64,000 nt of DNA from Lentisphaeria bacterium (GTDB lineage Bacteria > Verrucomicrobiota > Lentisphaeria > JABSQK01 > JAWLHB01). Below, piece by piece: positions 59,153 to 64,000 of this stretch (position 1 is its first letter; each line of letters starts with the position of its first letter). The stretch covers positions 248,001-312,000 of the forward strand of contig JAWLHB010000001.1 in assembly GCA_041690595.1 (NCBI GenBank). Reading direction: 5' to 3'. Made by a program: the position numbers and the translations under genes. Under the pieces are notes generated by a model. That model ran no database searches, was not told where the DNA came from, and saw only the letters and a list, made by a program, of their open reading frames with translations.

Positions 59153-60433
59153 ATGAAGCATCTGTTGGGGTTGATCCTGCTATTCACCGGCTACCTGATC
59201 TTGGCAGCGGACGAGGAGAGCAGGGGCGTATTGGAACGTTACCGGCAGAGATTACCGATGGTCGAAGCCCAGTTGCCGGAGCTGGTGCGGTCCAGTGAGC
59301 TGGCGGCGACGCGAATCGCGGCGGATCCAACTACCCACCTTCTGCTGGCGCGTAACGATCCCGGCTTTTTCGACGAGCTGCTTTCGCGGGCCGGTGGCCT
59401 CTCGCGCGCCTGGTACCGGACTGCCGACAACCAGCCCTTTCGAGCCGGGGACGTCGTCCTGATGTCGGTACGGGATTGGACGGCTGAAGGCGAGGCGCTC
59501 ATTCCACAGCTCGCCGCGTATCGCGAGGCCGGGTGCCTGGTGATCCTCTTTGCCCCGGCCGCGGGACGTCCCGATGAGGCTCGATGTGACTTTCTCTTCG
59601 ATAATGGCGCGGTGGTCGGCGCGGAGCTGCGTGGAGTCAACATTCTGACCAATGCCACCCTCGGCTGGATCTGGTGCTGCGAATATGCGGCGGCGCTGAC
59701 TCGCCTCGGCAAGACGCCGGGCATCCTGCGCAGCGTCGGCCTGGATGACGGCCGCCCCCATAACCGTCGGCTTCAGTCTCCGACCGGCCGTCAATGGCTG
59801 GGGACGACCGAGACGCCAGTTGCCGCGGGCAGCCTCGGCACGCGCTACCTCCGCCGCGTGGCAGTGCTGCTCGACGACCTCGCCAGCTCCCCTCGACAAG
59901 CGCAGTTCGACGTAGCGGCGGCATTGGTTGCCGAGCGCCTCGGGAAGGATCGTCCCGCCTTTCTGACCGGAGCCGGCCACCTTATCGTGCCGGAGATCAA
60001 GAGGGCCGAACTGCAGGTTCCCTGGCAGTCTTTCCGATCGGCTGTTTTCCGCAAGGAGATCGCCGGCCAACTCGAACCGGAGGACGTCATCGTCTGGATC
60101 GGGTATACCGGCCAGGTTGGTCTGAAGAGTGACAAGGATGATCTGCTGGCCGTGATGCACGAGAAGCAGGTGCGGCAGGTACATAGTGAGGCACCCGTAA
60201 CCGGGCCCCATGTCACCCCGGAGATCGAGGCACACATCGACTGGCAGGTCCTGCATCGCGCCACTCTGCCTTCACCGGTTGCCGTGAGTATCGAACAGGA
60301 GTGGGGCATGCCCGATGCGGAGATCGCAATTCCCTGGCCACCTGGCTGGATGGCCCCGGTGAGCGGCCTGAACGCCCTGCTTGTCCTGCACATGCTCGAC
60401 GAACGCGTCGCGCGCCTCATGGTGAAGCGATGA
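59153..60433 (+). CDS. Secreted protein with two SIS-like (sugar isomerase) domains
   Basis: Signal peptide; ELLSRAGGL, GDVVLMS, DFLFDN, GKTPGILRS...DGRPHN; second unit FLTGAGH, EDVIVWIG, PDAEI...APVSG. Confidence 0.6.
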   Translation: MKHLLGLILLFTGYLILAADEESRGVLERYRQRLPMVEAQLPELVRSSELAATRIAADPTTHLLLARNDPGFFDELLSRAGGLSRAWYRTADNQPFRAGDVVLMSVRDWTAEGEALIPQLAAYREAGCLVILFAPAAGRPDEARCDFLFDNGAVVGAELRGVNILTNATLGWIWCCEYAAALTRLGKTPGILRSVGLDDGRPHNRRLQSPTGRQWLGTTETPVAAGSLGTRYLRRVAVLLDDLASSPRQAQFDVAAALVAERLGKDRPAFLTGAGHLIVPEIKRAELQVPWQSFRSAVFRKEIAGQLEPEDVIVWIGYTGQVGLKSDKDDLLAVMHEKQVRQVHSEAPVTGPHVTPEIEAHIDWQVLHRATLPSPVAVSIEQEWGMPDAEIAIPWPPGWMAPVSGLNALLVLHMLDERVARLMVKR

Positions 60434-62469
60434 ACGCTCCTTCCGCCGGGCTTCCCCTGTTGCCATGGCCTCAGGAATGCGTTCACCGCGAAGGCGACCT
60501 CATCCTGCCCGGCGAGATCACCATCTCAATCGCCGATGCCTTTGCCGAGCCGGCAGCCAGTCTTCTGGAAAGAATGGTGCATCTGGTGGGGCGGGGGGCG
60601 ATTAAGGCAACGCTCGCGGAACCGTCCGCACCCGGCGCCACGATTCGCTTCAGTGCCAATCCGGAGCTGGAGGAGGAGGTGTACCGCCTCACGATCGACG
60701 ATCATGTCACCATCGAAGCATCTGGCGCGGAAGGCTCTTTTCATGCCGTCGCCACCTTGGTGCAGGCGCTGCGGATCTATCAGCAACAGGTTGCGCTTCC
60801 CCGCCTGAAAATCGAGGATCGGCCATACGTCAGCTATCGGGGCCTGATGATCGATGTTGCCCGCCATCCTCACACCCTGAATGGTCTCAAGCAGCTGGTC
60901 ACCCTCTGCTGGTTCTACAAGATCCGCTACCTGCAACTGCATCTGAGCGATGTTGAGAGTTTCGCCTTCACGAGTATCGCCTTTCCACAGCTGGCAACGC
61001 CCGGCTACGCACTCAGCCAGGCGGATTGGCGCGAACTGGAAACTTACGCTACCGCCCATGGCGTCGTTCCGATTCCCGAACTCGATGTCCCCGGTCATGC
61101 CGGACGTGGACTCAAGGGACTCTGCCCGACTCGTCCTCCCACGGGTTTTTCGGTGATCAATCCCGTCAGCGACGAGAGCTTTGCGGTTCTCGATACGCTG
61201 GTCGGCGAATTGTGCGACACCTTCCGCGCTTCTCCCTATCTGCATATCGGGGCGGATGAGGTCAATTTCCAAGGCTGGGAAGGGTGCCGTGACTGCGCCG
61301 CATTTCTTCATGAACGCGGGCTCTCGGATCTGCGCGAAGCGTACCGCTACTTCATCGTACGGATGAGCGAAATCGTCCGAAGCCACGGGCGTCGCCCCAT
61401 TGTCTGGGAGGGTTTTTCCGCCGAGGGGGCCATTGCCATTCCCGACGATGTCATCGTTCAGTTCTTCGATGTGGCCTACCTGCAGCCCGAGGAGGCAGTG
61501 GCTCTTGGTCATGACATCATCAACTCCTGCTGGGGGCCCCTCTATATTGTGCCGGGTTACGCGGCTCACCCCACGCAGATGATCTACCAGTGGCATCCCG
61601 AACTCTTCGGCAGCAACGACCTGAGCACGGTTCCCGACGCTCTCGCGCAGGCCCCTTCCGTCGGCACGACATCCGAGCCGCGGGTTGTCTTTTCCAAGGC
61701 CCCGCCCGGCCTCGACTATCCACGGGTGAAGGCCCTGCCGCCCACGTCGAAGCTGCTCGGCAGCATGCTCTGTTCCTGGGACATGCTTGACCGCAATGAA
61801 CTGCCAGCCCTGCGGCGACGGTTGGCCGCCATGAGCGAGCGCGCCTGGAATCCCCGTGCCGGCGCTCCCTGGCCCGATTTTCTCGAGCGCCTGGAGCATC
61901 TGGAGTTCCGGCTGGATGGAATGGTTCATGCCGTCCAGCGCCAGGATCGTCATCGGCTGGCCGATTATGCGCCGGTGAAGCAGAACGTCACCCCCTTCGT
62001 GCAAACGCTGCGGGTGAGCCGTCTGCAACCCTGGGAGCCGGTGCACACTTTGCCTGCTCCCTTGATGACGGACCTCGACTTTACTCTGCGCTCCTTCCCG
62101 CTCTCCTTCTGCAACCTCGCTGCGGACTTACGCGAGAAGCGCGGCATCATCTATCTCGCCTTCGACTTTCATTGCCCGGCCACCATGGAGTTGGCCCTGC
62201 TCTTCGGCTACGACGGCCCCGTCCGAGTCTGGATCGATGGCATTGCCATCTTCACGGATCCCGGTGGCGCCAACCCGGCCCTCGAGGATGAGGTCAGTAT
62301 CCCGTTCGATACCGGTGCCGGCAGTCACATGGCGTTGATTGCGCTGGACGCCAACGATGGCCGTGCCTGTGGCATCTTTGCCCGCCTGCAGCGCCGTCCT
62401 CATACCGCCCCTGCGCCGCAACCGCCCCTGCCGAGCCTCCTCCTCTCAGCCAGCGTCCCCCACGCATGA
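60430..62469 (+). CDS. GH20 beta-N-acetylhexosaminidase with extra C-terminal beta domain
   Basis: LLPWPQ, IEDRP..SYRGLMIDVARH, QLHLSD, IPELDVPGH, YLHIGADEV; ATGA overlap. Confidence 0.9.
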   Translation: MNAPSAGLPLLPWPQECVHREGDLILPGEITISIADAFAEPAASLLERMVHLVGRGAIKATLAEPSAPGATIRFSANPELEEEVYRLTIDDHVTIEASGAEGSFHAVATLVQALRIYQQQVALPRLKIEDRPYVSYRGLMIDVARHPHTLNGLKQLVTLCWFYKIRYLQLHLSDVESFAFTSIAFPQLATPGYALSQADWRELETYATAHGVVPIPELDVPGHAGRGLKGLCPTRPPTGFSVINPVSDESFAVLDTLVGELCDTFRASPYLHIGADEVNFQGWEGCRDCAAFLHERGLSDLREAYRYFIVRMSEIVRSHGRRPIVWEGFSAEGAIAIPDDVIVQFFDVAYLQPEEAVALGHDIINSCWGPLYIVPGYAAHPTQMIYQWHPELFGSNDLSTVPDALAQAPSVGTTSEPRVVFSKAPPGLDYPRVKALPPTSKLLGSMLCSWDMLDRNELPALRRRLAAMSERAWNPRAGAPWPDFLERLEHLEFRLDGMVHAVQRQDRHRLADYAPVKQNVTPFVQTLRVSRLQPWEPVHTLPAPLMTDLDFTLRSFPLSFCNLAADLREKRGIIYLAFDFHCPATMELALLFGYDGPVRVWIDGIAIFTDPGGANPALEDEVSIPFDTGAGSHMALIALDANDGRACGIFARLQRRPHTAPAPQPPLPSLLLSASVPHA

Positions 62470-62570
62470 CCCGTTCGACTTTTCCGTCCGGTGGCAGGAA
62501 AACATCGCCAGTGCGGCGTACAGTGCTTGCACGACCCATATCTCAAACATCTTGACGGAGTCCTGCGATT

Positions 62571-64000
62571 TTGAATACTTCTGAACTTGCATTCAGGGAT
62601 GGACGGCTCTTCTTCACGGACTCGTCCGGTGCCGGCTGGCACGGCATCAACTTTGAGCTGAACGGTACTCTCAGCACCACTCTTTCTTTCGACCTGTGCG
62701 AGAAGGATGGCGGATTCATCGCCACCGGCAGGGGCGCGGTCCATACGGAGCGCATCGAGGTGATGCCGGCGGGTGATGGTGCCATCACGCTTCGCCGTGT
62801 CATCACCAATTCCGGGAATGCCCCTCTGGTTCTTGCAAGCATGACCGATGGCATTCTCGACGAGCAGGCCCAGGTCAAACTCGCACGGTCCCACGAATAC
62901 ACGATCCGCTGCATGCATACCGGCAACATCCGGACCGAGCAGTTCCCGAACACGCGCCCGCAATTTTCTTATATCCAGCCGGTTCCCTACGTCCCCGCGA
63001 CGTTCAATGTCGGGGAAGCCAACGACATTCCGGCCGTCGTTCTCTGTGCCGAAGATTCCATTCTCCAGGGGGCCAATTACCAGTCGCTGCTGGTGGAAGC
63101 CGATCTCGATCAGAGCCGCTTCCTGCGCAGTTGGGAGATCGGTCTGGATGGCGCCGGCCCGAAGTCGCGGCTGTTGCGCACCTGGCTTGGCCGTCAGCAC
63201 TACGCGCTGGCTGCACCCTTCGAGCTTGCCCCCGGCGAAAGCGTCCAGGTGGCTCATCTCTTATACCAGATCCTCCATGACACGCATCCGCAGGATGCTC
63301 TGGATCTTTACATCGAGATTTTGGGTCGTTACCACCACTTTCGTGGTCAACAGTCGGCCATGCTCGAAGGAGCCGTCTTCTGCACCTGGAACTTCGGCAC
63401 TTTCGGCAACATCGACGAGGGGTTGCTTGCCACTCGCGCCGAGGCATTGGCCACCCGCATTCCGGAATGCACCCACTTTCTTATCGACGATGGCTATCAG
63501 GCGGACCGCGGCAACCGCAACGGTCCTCTCGACTGCTTCTATCCCACGCCAGCCGAACGCTATGATCGTGTGAAGTTTCCCAGCGGCATGAAAGCCATGG
63601 CGGACAAGATCCGTGCCTTCGACCTGACCCCTTGCATCTGGCTGTCACCGGCTGTCTACCTGGATTCCGCCCTGGCCAGGGAGCATGCTGACTGGCTTCT
63701 CTGTGATGCCGACGGGGATCCCGCTCTGCTGGGCAAGAGTACCTTTCTCGATCTCTCCGTTGATGAAGCCCGCGCTTTTTTTCTCGAAGTCCTCGACGCG
63801 CTCTTTGTGGAGTGGGGCTTCCGCGGCATCAAGTTCGACTTCATGACGCAGTGGTTTTCCCTCCCCCGCGCCCGCTTCCGCACCGGATCCGGACTTGAAT
63901 GGCGAGAATGGGCCTATGCCGAGATCCGGCGACGCATCGGTGACGACGGGCTCTTCATGACCTGCATCGCCATGAGCATGGGCAATCCCTTCCCCGGGCG
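62571..64000 (+). CDS. GH36-type alpha-galactosidase (partial, runs off right edge)
   Basis: Not in ORF track. Open frame from TTG 62571 (GGAG upstream): FCTWN, FLIDDGYQ, KFPSGMKAMADKIR, PCIWLSP, FLDLS, GFRGIKFDF. Confidence 0.85.
   Translation, partial: MNTSELAFRDGRLFFTDSSGAGWHGINFELNGTLSTTLSFDLCEKDGGFIATGRGAVHTERIEVMPAGDGAITLRRVITNSGNAPLVLASMTDGILDEQAQVKLARSHEYTIRCMHTGNIRTEQFPNTRPQFSYIQPVPYVPATFNVGEANDIPAVVLCAEDSILQGANYQSLLVEADLDQSRFLRSWEIGLDGAGPKSRLLRTWLGRQHYALAAPFELAPGESVQVAHLLYQILHDTHPQDALDLYIEILGRYHHFRGQQSAMLEGAVFCTWNFGTFGNIDEGLLATRAEALATRIPECTHFLIDDGYQADRGNRNGPLDCFYPTPAERYDRVKFPSGMKAMADKIRAFDLTPCIWLSPAVYLDSALAREHADWLLCDADGDPALLGKSTFLDLSVDEARAFFLEVLDALFVEWGFRGIKFDFMTQWFSLPRARFRTGSGLEWREWAYAEIRRRIGDDGLFMTCIAMSMGNPFPG

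Overview
GC-rich bacterial chromosomal window, about 43 CDS, with no rRNA, tRNA, CRISPR array or recognisable transposase/integrase. Gene content (prepilin-type N-methylation + H-X9-DG protein, GntR-wHTH/LacI-sensor hybrid regulators, giant secreted GH42-like proteins, Cys-type sulfatase, UroD-family protein, Chlamydia-like ribonucleotide reductase) suggests a PVC-superphylum glycan degrader, probably Lentisphaerota (inference). Housekeeping genes (ychF-like, prfC, aspS, nrdAB with NrdR boxes, lnt, leuB) are interleaved with glycan-use modules (8.2-21.4 kb, 23.4-27.5 kb, 31-37 kb, 49-52 kb, 59-64 kb). Most notable: (i) a minus-strand stress cluster at 53.8-57.7 kb with an orphan protein built from two tandem GrpE-like modules, plus a type IB topoisomerase whose A7 run shifts it in frame into a PfpI/YhbO gene; (ii) an NrdB with the Glu/Phe signature of Mn/Fe class Ic enzymes; (iii) a transporter-less, GntR-headed operon of large uncharacterised glycan-active proteins. 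All calls come from reading motifs by eye; no searches were run.
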